Assembly: GCA_051453625.1 (NCBI GenBank) | Contig: JBOZIK010000001.1 | Location: forward strand, 28,538,049-28,579,963 | Source of the DNA: Welwitschia mirabilis | Taxonomy: Eukaryota | DNA length: 41,915 bases | Direction of reading: 5' to 3' | Part shown: piece after piece, positions 1-12,092 of the stretch | How the letters are laid out: every line of letters begins with the position of its first letter | Position numbering within the stretch: the first letter of the stretch is position 1 | Made by a program: the position numbers and the translations under genes | Notes under the pieces: generated by a model | What the model saw: only the letters and a program-made list of their open reading frames with translations | What the model was told of the DNA's origin: nothing | Database searches by the model: none

Positions 1-2459
1 TTATAAATCCTTAAGCCTAATTCATATGGATTTGTTTAGGCCTATCCAAACTGCAATTCTATCTGGAAAAGATATTTTCTAGTTATGGTTTATGATTTCT
101 CTTGATGTTCATTGGTAGCTTTTCTTCATGCAAAATCTGATGCCTATGAAAATTTTGTTAAAATTGGCAAAAAGCTTCAAACAGAGAAGGGGTATATTGT
201 AAAGAAAATATAAAGTGATCATGGTAAGAAATTTTAAAATGAAAGATTCAAAATTTATTGCAACTTAAATGGAATTGGCCATGAATTTTTAGCTCCTAAA
301 ACTCCTCAGCAAAATGGAATAGCCGAAAGAAAAAATTAAACCTTATTAGATATGAATAGAGTGATGCTAAATGATAAAAACATTTCAAAATGATTTTGGA
401 CTAAAGCTATTAACACAGCATGTCATTTATTAAACAAAGTTTATTTAAGGCCTGGAACTTCTAAAACTCCTTATGAGCTTTGAAAATTTAAAAAGCCAAA
501 TATGCCGTATTTTAAAACTTTTGGAAGTAAATGCTTTATCTTGAGATATCGAGAGGATCTAACAAAATTTAATGCAAAATCAGATGAGAGAATCTTTTTG
601 AGATACTCCCAATCTAGTAGAGCTTATAGAGTTTTTAATAACAGAACTCTTCATATGGAAAAATCAATTAATGTAAAGATACATGATTTTTTAGATTCTT
701 CAAATCTCATTAACCTTGATGAAAATCCTAATCCTTCTTATTCTATTAACCAAAAGGATGAAATCTCAAGAGATATAGTAACTCCAGAAATTAAGAAACT
801 CAAGGATCATCCTTTGGAGTCTATTATTAGAAATGTTCAGCAAGGTATCATTACTAAAAATTCTCTTAAAAACTTTAGTGCTTATGTCTCTCTTTTGTCC
901 CAAATCGAACCCAAATCTTTTGAAGAGGCTAAATCTGATCCAAGTTGGATAAATACCATGCAAGAGGAACTTGAACAATTCACTAGAAATAAGGTTTAAA
1001 CTCTTATTTCAAAACTAATAAGAAAAAATGTCATAGGCACAAAGTGGATTTTTAGAAACAAAGTAACTAAAAATAATGAAATTACAAAGAATAAAGCTAG
1101 ATTAGTGGCTCAAGGGTATTCCAAAATTAAAAGAGTTAATTATGGAGATACATTTGCTCTTGTTGCTAGATTAGAATCAATAAGGATGTTTCTAGCTTTT
1201 GCCTGTTTTAAGAAAATGAAAGTCTTTCAAATGAATGTAAAAGATGCATTTCTTAATGGAAATATTGAAGAAGAAGTTTATGTTAAACAACCTCAAGGTT
1301 TTTCTGATCCTCAAAATCCTAAATATGTCTATAAACTTAACAAAGCATTGTATGGATTAAAACAAGCTCCCAGAGCTTGGTATGAAAAGCTCTCATCTTT
1401 TTTGCTTCAACATAATTTTTCTATAGGCTTCATTTATAGAACTTTATTCCAACATATTTTGAATAATTATTTAATTCTAGTGTAAATATATGTTGATGAT
1501 ATTATTTTTGGATCAACAAATGAAAAATTATCACATGATTTTACCACACTCATGAGTTCTAATTTTGAAATGAGCATGGTTGGACCTATCAATATTTTTT
1601 TGGGTTTACAAATTAAGCAAAGAAAATAAGAAATATTTATCAATCAAAAGAAATATTCTTTAGATTTAATTAAAAAATTCAAACTAGAAAATACAAGTAT
1701 ATGGACTCACCAATGGCCACAAATATTAAACTTTCTTTAGATGAACATGGTAAGGATGTGGATCAAAAGGTATATTATAGTATTATTGAAAGTCTATTAT
1801 ATTTAATGGGTAGTCACCTAGATATGACCTTTAGTATTAGTTTGGATGCCAAGTATCAATGCAAACGAAAGGAATCACATCTTATAGATGCAAAGAGAAT
1901 ACTATGATATGTGAAAGATACTCTAGATTTTGGTTTATGATTTTCAAATGATACTTCTTTAAGTTTAATAGGATATAGAAATGCAGATTATGCTAGATGC
2001 AAAGATGATCACAAAAGCATAAGTGATGGCTATTTCACCTTTGAAAATTGTTTCACAACCTAATATAGTAAGAAATAATGCTCTATATCTCTCTCTACCA
2101 TTGAAGCTAAGTACATAGCTACTGGAGCTTATTGCATTTAGATCTTGTGGATGAAAGAGACCTTGAAGGACTATGGGCTAAACATCATAGAGGTATTAAT
2201 CCTGTGTGATAACTCGAGTACTATTCAAATAGCTTACAATCCAGTCCAACACACTCAAACCAAACACATCAATATCAGATACCATTTTATTTTTAAATTA
2301 GTAGAAAAGAAAATCATATCTTTAGAATATATATTCACAAAAGATCAATTGGTTGATATTTTTACGAAACCTCCAGCTTTAGATCGTTTTTCCATCCTTC
2401 ATTATTTTCTGGGTATTAAGTCCAAAAAGGACTTACCTCACTCAGCCTCATCTAAATAA
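1..2459 (+). pseudogene. pol: copia pol (integrase core, RT, RNase H) with many stops and frameshifts
   Basis: Manual translation and ORF track: [122 protein letters not shown]. Confidence 0.95.
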
Positions 2460-3037
2460 TAAAATTTAGTGGATAGGTTTAAGTGTTAAAATAATATATG
2501 TTTGAACCTTGATCGACCTTTTTTTCAAATAGGGTGACCACTTTTCTCTCAGATTTCTTAACTGTTAGATTTTCTGCTTTTTGGGTTGATCATATGTTAA
2601 GTTGAGTCGACCAGTTTAATCCTAGTTTTTCTTGTAAAATCCTATAGAAACTGGGTCAACCTAATACTTAGAACCAAGCAATTAGTTTTAGTTGACCTAT
2701 ATCTGATGATTCAGTCCCATCAGGTTGACCACGTCTTCTCTAATAGGTCAACCAGTTTTTAGTTAAATCTTCTCTGTTAAACTTTTATCTTACAAGATTG
2801 ACCATTCACTTATTTAGATCGACCATTATCTTACCATTAGGTTTAAAAAATTTTTACACAGGTCAATCGACCGTCCAATTGGTCACTTGTATTTAAGGTG
2901 GTGCGCTGTGGATTTTTAAATATAGCCCCCCTTTTCTTTTGTCTTATTCTACTTGATACCTCTTCTATTATTTTTTAAGCTTTTGGGAGATCCTCTTCCA
3001 CTTGTTCCACATGTTTTTTCTCAAATCTGGGATTTAG

Positions 3038-3994
3038 ATGGCTTCTTCTCAGCTAAGAGAGGGATCTAGGAAGAGAAGAAAGGAAACAACAGTCAAACCT
3101 TTAAGTTATATGTTCTCTAGAATGACCTCTGAGAAACTTACTTATTTTGAGACAAGTCCTATTGCACTAGAGAGGACTTATGAACTCATGCAACTTCTTA
3201 GCCTTATGGAGATCTAGACTCTATTGGAATAAGTGAACTGAGGGTATTATCTTCATGTTCACATGCTACCCTTGGTTACTATGTTGTTCTGTTCGAATGC
3301 CAGGTATGATGCATCCTAGTCCACATTCATTACCTCTATCTTTGGCCAAGAAATACATATTACAGCAGAGCTGATAGCTTTCCTTACTAGTTTTTCAAGA
3401 GAAAACTAGGGAGAGTACTGACCCATGATAGAGTCATTCGAAGAGAAGGATATAGCTACTCACTATGTGTATGGCACATACATCACCTGGAAGAAAACCC
3501 TCAAAGCTTCCCAACTTCTTCCTTGATTTTGTCTACTGCACCTGATCATGTCTTACAACTTTCTTCTAGTTGCCAGACATAAAGATAAGCTCTTAAACTA
3601 TCGGGTGTATCTCATATATGCTCTGGACTAGAGAAGAGACTTAGATGCTCCTGCCATCATGCTCAAATACATAATAAACCAACTACAACTATACAAATGA
3701 CATGTCCTATCCTATCCTTTCCTCATCACTCAGATTTGTCATCACTTCGACATTCCTCATCTTACCAGGTAGGAGATCCAGAAGCCCATGAGGCCTATAG
3801 ATTATAACACATTGTTAAAAATGCATATTTTTAAAGAACCAGCTACTCCTTCTAATCCTAAGGTTAAGGCCTATCAGACCTTAGAAATTCTCCATCTTCT
3901 TCATCAAATTGATTTGCGGACTCGTCAGATTAAGGAGGTCATAATTGCCAGTGGGACTCCCATTGTTGACACCTCTCAAAGTGAGGGTACTTAG
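3038..3994 (+). pseudogene. Extra (env-like position) ORF of the Sirevirus-like element, ~318 codons, resembling the putative plant transposon protein domain (Transposase_32-type)
   Basis: ATG at 3038 is in frame with ORF 3788-3994. One continuous frame with about ten internal stops: MASSQLREGSRKRRKE...PLVTMLFCSN...LLHLIMSYNFLLVARH...LSYPFLITQICHHFDI...SEGT*. Confidence 0.75.
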
Positions 3995-4330
3995 TCTTCT
4001 AAATCTTTAGAGTCTGACTAAATTTATATGTCTTTTTGTGCTCTCCAATCTTTTTGTATTATCCTCATCCTTGATTTCATCAAAAAGGGGAAGAAATATT
4101 TGTAACATCCTTATTACTTCTTTGTATTACAAATTGGTCAGAATATAACTTTCATATATAATGAAACTTATTTGAGTAATTCAAAGAAGCTTATTTTTGT
4201 GCAAATTACTTGTGCTTATTTTGATGAATTTTATATATATAAAAAACTTGTTTAAATTTAATAGTTTCCAAGTTAAATGAGTTAGGAGGAGAACCCAGAT
4301 GTTAAATTATTATTTTTCCTCAATCAATAA

Positions 4331-4343
4331 CAAAGGGGAAGTT
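4331..4343 (+). promoter_or_regulatory. Polypurine tract of the copia element (second PPT-like copy at 4081-4095)
   Basis: caaaggggaagtt directly precedes TGTTG; caaaaaggggaagaa lies upstream. Confidence 0.8.
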
Positions 4344-5640
4344 TGTTGAGAATCCATTATCATTGATTAATTTAAATATTTTTTTGTAAATTAGTCTTTT
4401 TTGTAGGTCTTTCCTAGCACCGGGCAACTAATGTATAATATGGGATGACTAATTGATCAAGAACTATAAACACTACTTTAGAGTCAAGTAACCATACATT
4501 ATTATTCCTAGTAACTGAATAAAGATAACATAATAAATACCAGTTCAAACATGGGTGACCGTCATTCATACATGGGTGACCGCATCTCACTCAATCAAAT
4601 CAAATCAGGATGGGTGACTGTATGTATTACTACATGTGATCATATCACACTTAGTGAAATCAATCTTGATAGAAAAATGGGAGACCATCATGATTCATAC
4701 GTGCGACCATATGATACGCAATAAGAATCTACCTGATAGAAATACAGGCGACTAACAGTCTATAAATGGGTAACCTCACGATAATCAGTAGTACATGAAA
4801 CGGGTGAATTCAGGCCAACTGCATAAACTAAGATTCGGCAACCACATTCTACTAGGAATCCATCTATAAGGTTGACCAAGTAGAAATGGTATGGATGACC
4901 TAAGTAAGAGTGACCAAGTATTTTCATAAGGGAAACCGAACATGTACCATAACCTGTACTGAGAAATCTGCAAGAAGCTAAGGCGACCAAATATTAGAAT
5001 AAGGGTGATCACTTTTGCGGTCAACTAAATATAATGAAAGGTCAACCGTGCAATAGAAAATAGTATCCTTTATGATCACAACTATTCCTTAAAAAAGTGT
5101 AACAGCTAATTAGAAAATCGTAACAGTTCCCTTCTTTTTAAGGGAATGATCTTATGTTACATCTCAAGTCTAAAAGTTTTTCTCTAAATACTAGAAGATA
5201 TTAATACTATTGTTATAATATCTAAGATTGAAAAAGAATTGATATACTTTCTTCTAGTACATCTGAACATTCTTCAAAGGTTCAGATTCCAAGTGTACTT
5301 CCATCATTACACCACCTTGAGAATAAGATTGTTGTACCTTAGAGAACACATCTGTGCATTTATGCATCCTTCTATTTATCATTTATTCTTAGTTGATGAT
5401 AAGACACAAAATCCTCATTGATTGTGAAAGGTTACTTGATGAGCCTGAAAACTAATATTATGAGCTAATACATGCCAGCTAGGACAAGGAGTNNNNNNNN
5501 NNAGGGTGGTGTCTATCCACTATTATATACCTTGTTTTAATATTTCTTTATGTATTGTTTTTGCAGGTTATGATCAACAAGGAGATAGAACTTCTAAAAG
5601 GATGTATTCACCCCCCTCTAGGGTCGATCCTTGGTTTTCA
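4344..5640 (+). repeat. 3' LTR of the Sirevirus-like element (~1.3 kb, contains a 10-N gap)
   Basis: Starts TG after the PPT and ends ...TTTCA with a C-rich signal at 5605-5621; repeated GG(T/C)GACC-like motifs in U3; decayed TATA (ctctaaatac, ~5182) preceded by aacagcta. Confidence 0.85.
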
Positions 5641-6090
5641 GAACCTATCATGGAGATTGCTCATGAGTAACTTATATTAATTAATAAAAGACATTACTAG
5701 ACCAAGATAAAACTAATATATTATGTGCATCAAATATACTACCAAAGTAATGCAAAGGTACTTTAGGAAATGAAATGCAATGCACCTAAACTAATAATGT
5801 CAACCTTACTAGAGGTTACCTTCATGATCTATATCACAGATGAAGCTATAAAAGAATCATAAGAAACATAAACCATAAGAAAAATCCACATAATAAAACA
5901 TATGAAGAGAAAAATAAAATTTTAATTAAGTCAAGCCAACATACATGTTACAAAGTAGTAGCAAATTGTATGTTTTTGTGATATTTGTCTTAGTTCTCTA
6001 TTATCATCAAAACTTAGCATAAACATATCTAATGTCCTATAAAACTACTCAAAATGCCTTATCAAATATACACAATTTAGTAGTAAAACA
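5641..6090 (-). repeat. Truncated, internally deleted Athila-like LTR fragment
   Basis: Reverse complement starts TGTTTTACTACTAAATTG, like the LTR start at 22003 (TGTTATACTATCAATTG). It contains catgaaggtaacctctagtaaggttgacattattagtttag, which matches LTR sequence at ~11187 and ~41453. Confidence 0.6.
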
Positions 6091-6813
6091 TGTATTTTTA
6101 TGAGAAAGTAAATCATGAAGATATTATTTTTCTTATGAAGAAGTAGAAAGTTTATGATAACACAAAGAAGAAGTTTCTTGAACATCATGTTTTACCAATA
6201 TTTATTAATATTCAAATCCTATTAAAAAAAACAAAGCAAGGATATTAATCATTATTGCTAAAAGTACTTATTAGTTTAGGTTAAACAATACCAAAAAATG
6301 TTTAAATTAAATTAGTACCTATGTACTCCATTCTACCATTACTAAAAAATCCTAAGTGTTGTTGCAGAAAGACTCATAAATCCAATGCTAAACATTTTAA
6401 TGAAATATTATTAGCTAAATATAAGAAGTCAAATTGATTATTGAAATGGACAATTTCATAACATACAGTTTAAAACACAACCATACAATAAAATCTTAAA
6501 AGTGTCATAAACTTTAGTCTTTTCTTATTTAAAAGGTAATTCATTTTGCTCTCTATAGCTTGGTAAGTATTAGTGTAGTTAGATGTATGAGCATTGTTAT
6601 ACCCATATAATAGTTCCTTTCTTTCTCTTCTAGGGTGATTACCATTGATGATTGTTCATATCACCTATAATAGTTTTATAGAGTTTGTGTTATAAATGGT
6701 AATTTTTTGTTTAATATAATAAAGAAATATATTTATTGAATGTGTAATAAATGCATTTATAATTTTATTCTTTCTTTTAAAAAAAGATGAAATTTATTAA
6801 GTGTGATATATCA

Positions 6814-6825
6814 TGGTATAAGAGA
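6814..6825 (+). promoter_or_regulatory. Degenerate tRNA-iMet primer-binding site
   Basis: tggtataagaga versus canonical TGGTATCAGAGC, preceded by gtgtgata (LTR-end-like). It could belong to the Tekay relic or to the copia relic. Confidence 0.5.
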
Positions 6826-6939
6826 AGGTTACAATGCTTTCCAAATAAGATGATGATTTTTAAATCAAGGTCCCAGCTCCTAAGCTAATGTATTACCTTA
6901 GCTTATAAATATTTTTTATAATGTACTAGATTATGAACT

Positions 6940-8559
6940 AATGGCTAGGAATGTAATGTTAAAATTTAAAAACTTCACCTACCTAAATTTTAGGGAACTG
7001 ATGTCCCTATTATGGATAAATTTTAGTTAACTAAGCTTAATACACTCTTTTGTGCTTAGCAGCTAAGCCTTAAAGATAAGACTATGCTTGCAATGCTTTA
7101 CTTGAAGAGTAATAAAGCCTTATGATGGAAAAGTATATAACATAAGAGGATAGGTCTTAAGAATAATGACTTTATGCAAGTTTTTAGGGCTTATTGTATT
7201 CAAGAATATGTTTGTTGATTAAAAGATAAAAGATTGTATGCCTTAAGATAAGAAAATATGCTTGTGTCTGAGTATGAGCAAACTATTATGATCTATTACA
7301 CTATGCTCCTAATTCAAATCATGATGAAAAAGAATAAAGTGACAAATTATTATTTAGAATTAGTCCTCCTGTCAAAGAATGTATACTAGTAATGAACCTG
7401 TAAGTCTCATAGAATCTATTACCAAGCCTAAGATTTCAAAAATAAATTGGATTAAGAGAAAGAAAGGTATAAGATATTCATGTAAGGTATTAGGATTTTA
7501 TATTGTCAATTGATATCAAACTAATATAATCTTTGTAGAATGATATATGATTTTATAGATACAAGAAGCTAAAGATTTCATAACCAAAAGATACTCAAGA
7601 TTTGAATTTGTTTTAACTATAATACTTGAACTAGGTATTGATTATATCATTCTTGAGTAGACTAGGTCTAGAAATACACATTTTTAACCACTTCATATGG
7701 GATCAATTGGACTCAGAAATGCACTTTTTGATCTTCTTCATATAAGTACTTCATATGGAGTCAACTAGACTTAGACAAAGGTAGTTGACCAAACTTCAGT
7801 TGGAGGTGAATGGATCAAGTAATGTGACTCATTTAGGCTAATTAGATAAGAAAAGAGGTTATTGAATCAAGTGATGTAAGTTACTTAGATCAATCAAATT
7901 TTTTGAGTGAGTGACTAGTTAGAATAGAAGTGGAACTTTTCAAATGGTTTTCTAATTATTATTTCGCCTAATCTACCCATTGTAAATATTAGATTTCTTT
8001 TCAACTACCTAAAAACTATATTTTTAGAAGATCTATTTAAATAGGTTGCACTTAAAACTCAATAAGAAATCAAATTAATTTTAAAAAAGGAGTTTTTACT
8101 CTTGATCTAAAAAGTTTAACAACATTCTTCTCCCTCCCTTAGTAGTTACCTTTGTACTAAATCTAAGCAATATGGCTTATTATTAATACTTATATTTAAG
8201 TGAATTAAAGCATAGAGGCTTTATCCCATTACTCATATTTAAAGGTTTTATGGAGGTTGAGATTTAGCCTAGAAAAGTTTATCTTACAAAGGTTGATAAT
8301 TAGCTTGCAAAAAGTTACTTTATAATTGATAGTAAACTAACAAGGATTCAAAACAGTCTTGGTTATTATATATATTTTAAGAGTGGAGTAAGATCTATCC
8401 TAAACCACTATAAATCTTGTCTTGTGTATTATTTTGGTTCTACATTTTGAGTTTGTTTTGATCTTCTAATGTTATAATTTCTTTCTTGGGTAGTAATAGT
8501 TGTTCAAATTTTTTAGAAATCCTATTCATCCTCATCTAGAGTTATTTGTAGAACCTTCA
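6940..8559 (+). mobile_element. Highly decayed second copia/Sirevirus-like relic (gag trace plus LTR)
   Basis: PKF*GTD (~6983) and NMLVSEYEQTIM (~7255) resemble copia gag. The right end cctattcatcctcatctag...cttca mirrors the LTR end at 5605-5640. Left boundary uncertain. Confidence 0.5.
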
Positions 8560-8769
8560 TAAGGAATCATTCTCCCTCCACCCTATATAAGCCCAAAAGT
8601 TAAACTATTTTAAAGATAACTTCCTATAGCTAGTAAATGTAGTCAACTCATAATCTAAGTATTTTAAAACTATCCCTTTTAAGAAGAAATTCTAAATAAG
8701 TGTATCTTCCCTAAGAATTTAATGTTTTAAATGCTAGGGTATTCATTGTATTACCATCTATCTTACAAA

Positions 8770-10390
8770 TGAGAAATTCCCATCTTGAGCATGTTATGTA
8801 TATGATAATATAAAAAACCTAGTTAATGATTATTTTAGAAGGTCTAAATTGCATTCTCAATTGTGTATGATGAGTATCTCATCAAAGCTTAAAGAAAAAA
8901 TTAATTTAACAATAACTTAATAGGTAATAGAACCTAAGATATCTATCATCATAGGTTTAGCTATGTTTAAGAGTGAACTTCTGATTATATCATTTAATTC
9001 TACACTAACTCATTTTTTGATACCCCCTAAGGGCATTAGAATATGTAATTTAATTTTTGTTATGTTCATGGATAGTTGGATGATAAAGCTAGTCAATGAG
9101 TTACATGTAAAAATTTCCAAAATCATTTATTAATTCCTTCTCTTCTTGGAAGGTTTCATCTACCATGTGGATCTTATAGTAATTAATTTAGGAGTTTTTG
9201 ACATAGTCTTTAATGTGAACTAGTTAGATCATAGTAGGCCACTATATATTTTGGAAGTTGGAGGATTTAATTCATGATTTCAAGAAAAGATAAAATGATT
9301 AAGAAATTCATGCCTCTTCATTATTTTATTACCTAAGGAAGATTTGAACTTTTAAAAAAAAATAGTAATAAGTTTACTTAGTAATGCTTTGTTCTTCTAT
9401 CATAAAATAGAACTCTATGACTTTAGGACTAGTGGTAGAAGAAGATCTTAATGTGTATTTAGAGGACCTTCTGAGTATGCCTTCCAAGTGAGACATTAAA
9501 CTTGCTATAGGCATCATATTATGAGTAACACGTATGTCTAGAGACCCTTACAGGATGGTTTCTCTAAACTAGCTAAGTTAATAATATAAGTGAAAAGAAT
9601 TCTTGATAAGAAATTTATCTATCCTAATGTATCCCCATGAGGAGCTCTCATGATGTTTGTTAGGTAGAAAGAGTAAACCTTAAGCTATGAAGTAATTATT
9701 GATAACTTATAAAGTTAATGATAAACAATAAATATCACCTCTCATGTTTTGATGAATTATTTAATTAATTAAAGAATTCCAATATTTTCTTGCAAATTGA
9801 TTTAAAATCATAATATTATCAAGTTTATGTCAATGAATAAGACATTCATAAGTTGTTTTTTTGCATTAGTTATATGTATTATGATTTTATTATTATGCTA
9901 TTTTGCTTTATTAATTCATCTATAGTGTCTATGAACTTTATGAATAGAGTGTTTAACCTTATTTGGGTAGTTAATTATAGTATTAATTAATGATACTTTA
10001 GTTTATTTCTCAAATGAAAAATTCCATGCAAAACATATTTGAACTTTTTGATAAACTTTAAGGGAATATAAACTCTATGCTAGTTCTAGTAAGTGTGAAT
10101 TTTAAAAGACAGAAATTAAGTTTTTAAAATCATGTGTTGAACTAATAGCAAATTATTCTATATCCCTCTAACTTGAAGGCCATTTTAACATGGCGAATGC
10201 TAAAAATAAACTTTAAGTTCATATATTTCTAGGTTTATCAAGATATTACTAGAGATTTATTAAGAACTTCACTTAAATCATAGCTCATTTAGCCTATCTT
10301 CTACATAATAATAATGAAGTTTTCTATGGTAAGAAGGGTTAAGGAGCCTTTGAAAACATAAAACATGCCATATCAAGGCTCTTGTTCTTA
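8770..10390 (+). pseudogene. pol: Ty3/gypsy chromovirus (Tekay/Del-like) gag zinc knuckle, protease and RT relic, truncated before RNase H
   Basis: ACYVYDNIKNLVNDY (decayed CCHC), DLIVINLGVFDIVFNVN*L, SRDPYRM, DKKFIYPNVSP*GA, NKYHLSCFDELF, IDLKS*YYQ, MNFMNRVF, KLYASSSKCEF, FLGLSRYY*RFIKNF. Confidence 0.85.
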
Positions 10391-10406
10391 TTATATGAAA
10401 GGTATA

Positions 10407-11658
10407 TCTTGCAATGACAATTTATAATATTTTGATGAGGTATTTAAAGTACTTTTATGGGATATTTATACACGCTTAGGTGTATTTCTAATGATTATGA
10501 AGTATTGAGGGGATTATCATAAAAACACACAATTTTTAGCATATTTGGAGGTATTTTATATATTTTTTACACTTATCATTTTGAAAGAAGAATCAATGAT
10601 GCAAAAGACTAATTTCTCTTAGTTTAAAATGTAAGGAATCCTATTATCCCACTTGTCATCCCCCCAATAACTAGGATGATAGCATCAATGACATGGACTA
10701 AAACTATTAGGCTGACTATAGGGCTTGAAGTTAATGACTTTACTTTTCTTATGGAGTATCATCACTAGTGTCATCCCCACGATAGATAGGAGAAGAACTA
10801 TTTTGTATGCACAAAAGTAAGTTATCTTTGTAATGGAGTCATGTAGTCCATGTGGATTTCTAGGATTTCTTCTTTGAATTCTAGGGTTTTTTCTTGAACT
10901 TTAATGTAAAACTATAAATATTTCTCTTTGTCTTTATTCACATTTTCATATTTTCCACTCAATATTCTTGTGATGGGAGATGGAATAATAGGAGTATCAT
11001 CTATAGCTATAGAGAAAAGTTTTCTTGCATTAGACTGTGTATCCTCCATTGAGGTGCTTCTACTTTATTTGTAAGTAGATGTTAATTAATAATTAACACA
11101 AGAACTCTTTTTACTCCTATTATGTAAACCTCTCTTATGGTTTAAGTTGATTATGATGGTGTGATAATTTCATAGTTTATTTAGATCATAAGGGTAATCT
11201 TTATTAAGATTGAGATTATTAGTTTAAATCTTACATTATATTTCATTTTATTCCATTTTCACACTTGAATTTATTTACATTCTATTTGGTATATCTTATA
11301 GATTATTTTGAATAGAGATAAGTCATAACTCTTACTAATTGGTCTAATTATAAGGGTCGATCCTTCTAATAGAAGAATTGGAATTCAAACAGACTCATTA
11401 CACTTGAATTTCATCCATTTACATTCTATAGTTATTTATCCTACATTGCATTTGCATTATTCTTATTTCCATTTAATAAATAAAAAAGACTATAAATACA
11501 TTGTTAAAATCAATTTTCTAACTTCTAGCCTAGTTCCTTCAATAGATTATGACATTTGGATTAACTCGCATCTCTACTAGTATGTGCTTTTCTATAAGTA
11601 CTATGATTTATAGGTTTTATCTAAGGACTTAAAGATTGTATAAATTCATACTGTAATA
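10407..11658 (+). repeat. 5' LTR of element A
   Basis: Colinear with 19849-20950 and 40711-41912; TATA ctataaata at 10912; decayed termini tcttgc.../...gtaata. Confidence 0.85.
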
Positions 11659-11680
11659 TTTTAGCATCATTTCTAAGAAA
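11659..11680 (+). promoter_or_regulatory. Decayed PBS of element A (tRNA-Asp type)
   Basis: ttttagcatcatttctaagaaa sits at the same position as the PBS at 33979 and derives from TTTTGGCGCCGTTGCCGGGGA mostly by transitions. Confidence 0.55.
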
Positions 11681-12092
11681 GGCCATAAGAAGCTAGAGTA
11701 TTATCACTATCTAAACAAGTATCTCAAATGTTAGATTAAGCTATTTATTTGAAATAGTACTATGTTTTTAAGATTCTATAGTATTTACATTTCCCCCCCA
11801 TAATTTTTCATTTTGATAGTAATAATAAGCCCCATTGTATTCACTGTCATCCATATAAGAAAGTGAATAATGGTCTATAATTTTTTTTATGTTTCTAATT
11901 TTGGTAATAAAATAATTTTAATCTATTGTAGCATATTTTGTCTACTTTCTTATCCCCATGACACAAAGGACGAAGGATCTGATTGCTCTTTTCTACAATT
12001 TGTTCTTTTTGTTTTAGTGTATCTATGTTGGTCATCTCCTATATTGTCTTCATGACATATAGAATAAGAATTATTATGTTTTCTATCTAAGT

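Larger units (their letters stand above)
1..5640 (+). mobile_element. Ty1/copia LTR retrotransposon, Sirevirus (SIRE/Maximus)-like, 5' part outside the window, degenerate
   Basis: Domain order INT-RT-RH; extra ORF after pol; more than one PPT-like tract; LTR ending TATTCACCCCCCTCTAG...TTTCA. Confidence 0.9.

Noticed and set aside
4545..5050. CRISPR-like appearance of spaced repeats (also 2510-2890)
   Set aside because: Cores are short and degenerate, spacing is irregular, there are no cas genes, and the context is a plant LTR element.
6091..6800. Possible host gene or Tekay LTR sequence
   Set aside because: No ORF or recognisable motif and no partner repeat in the window; left unassigned.
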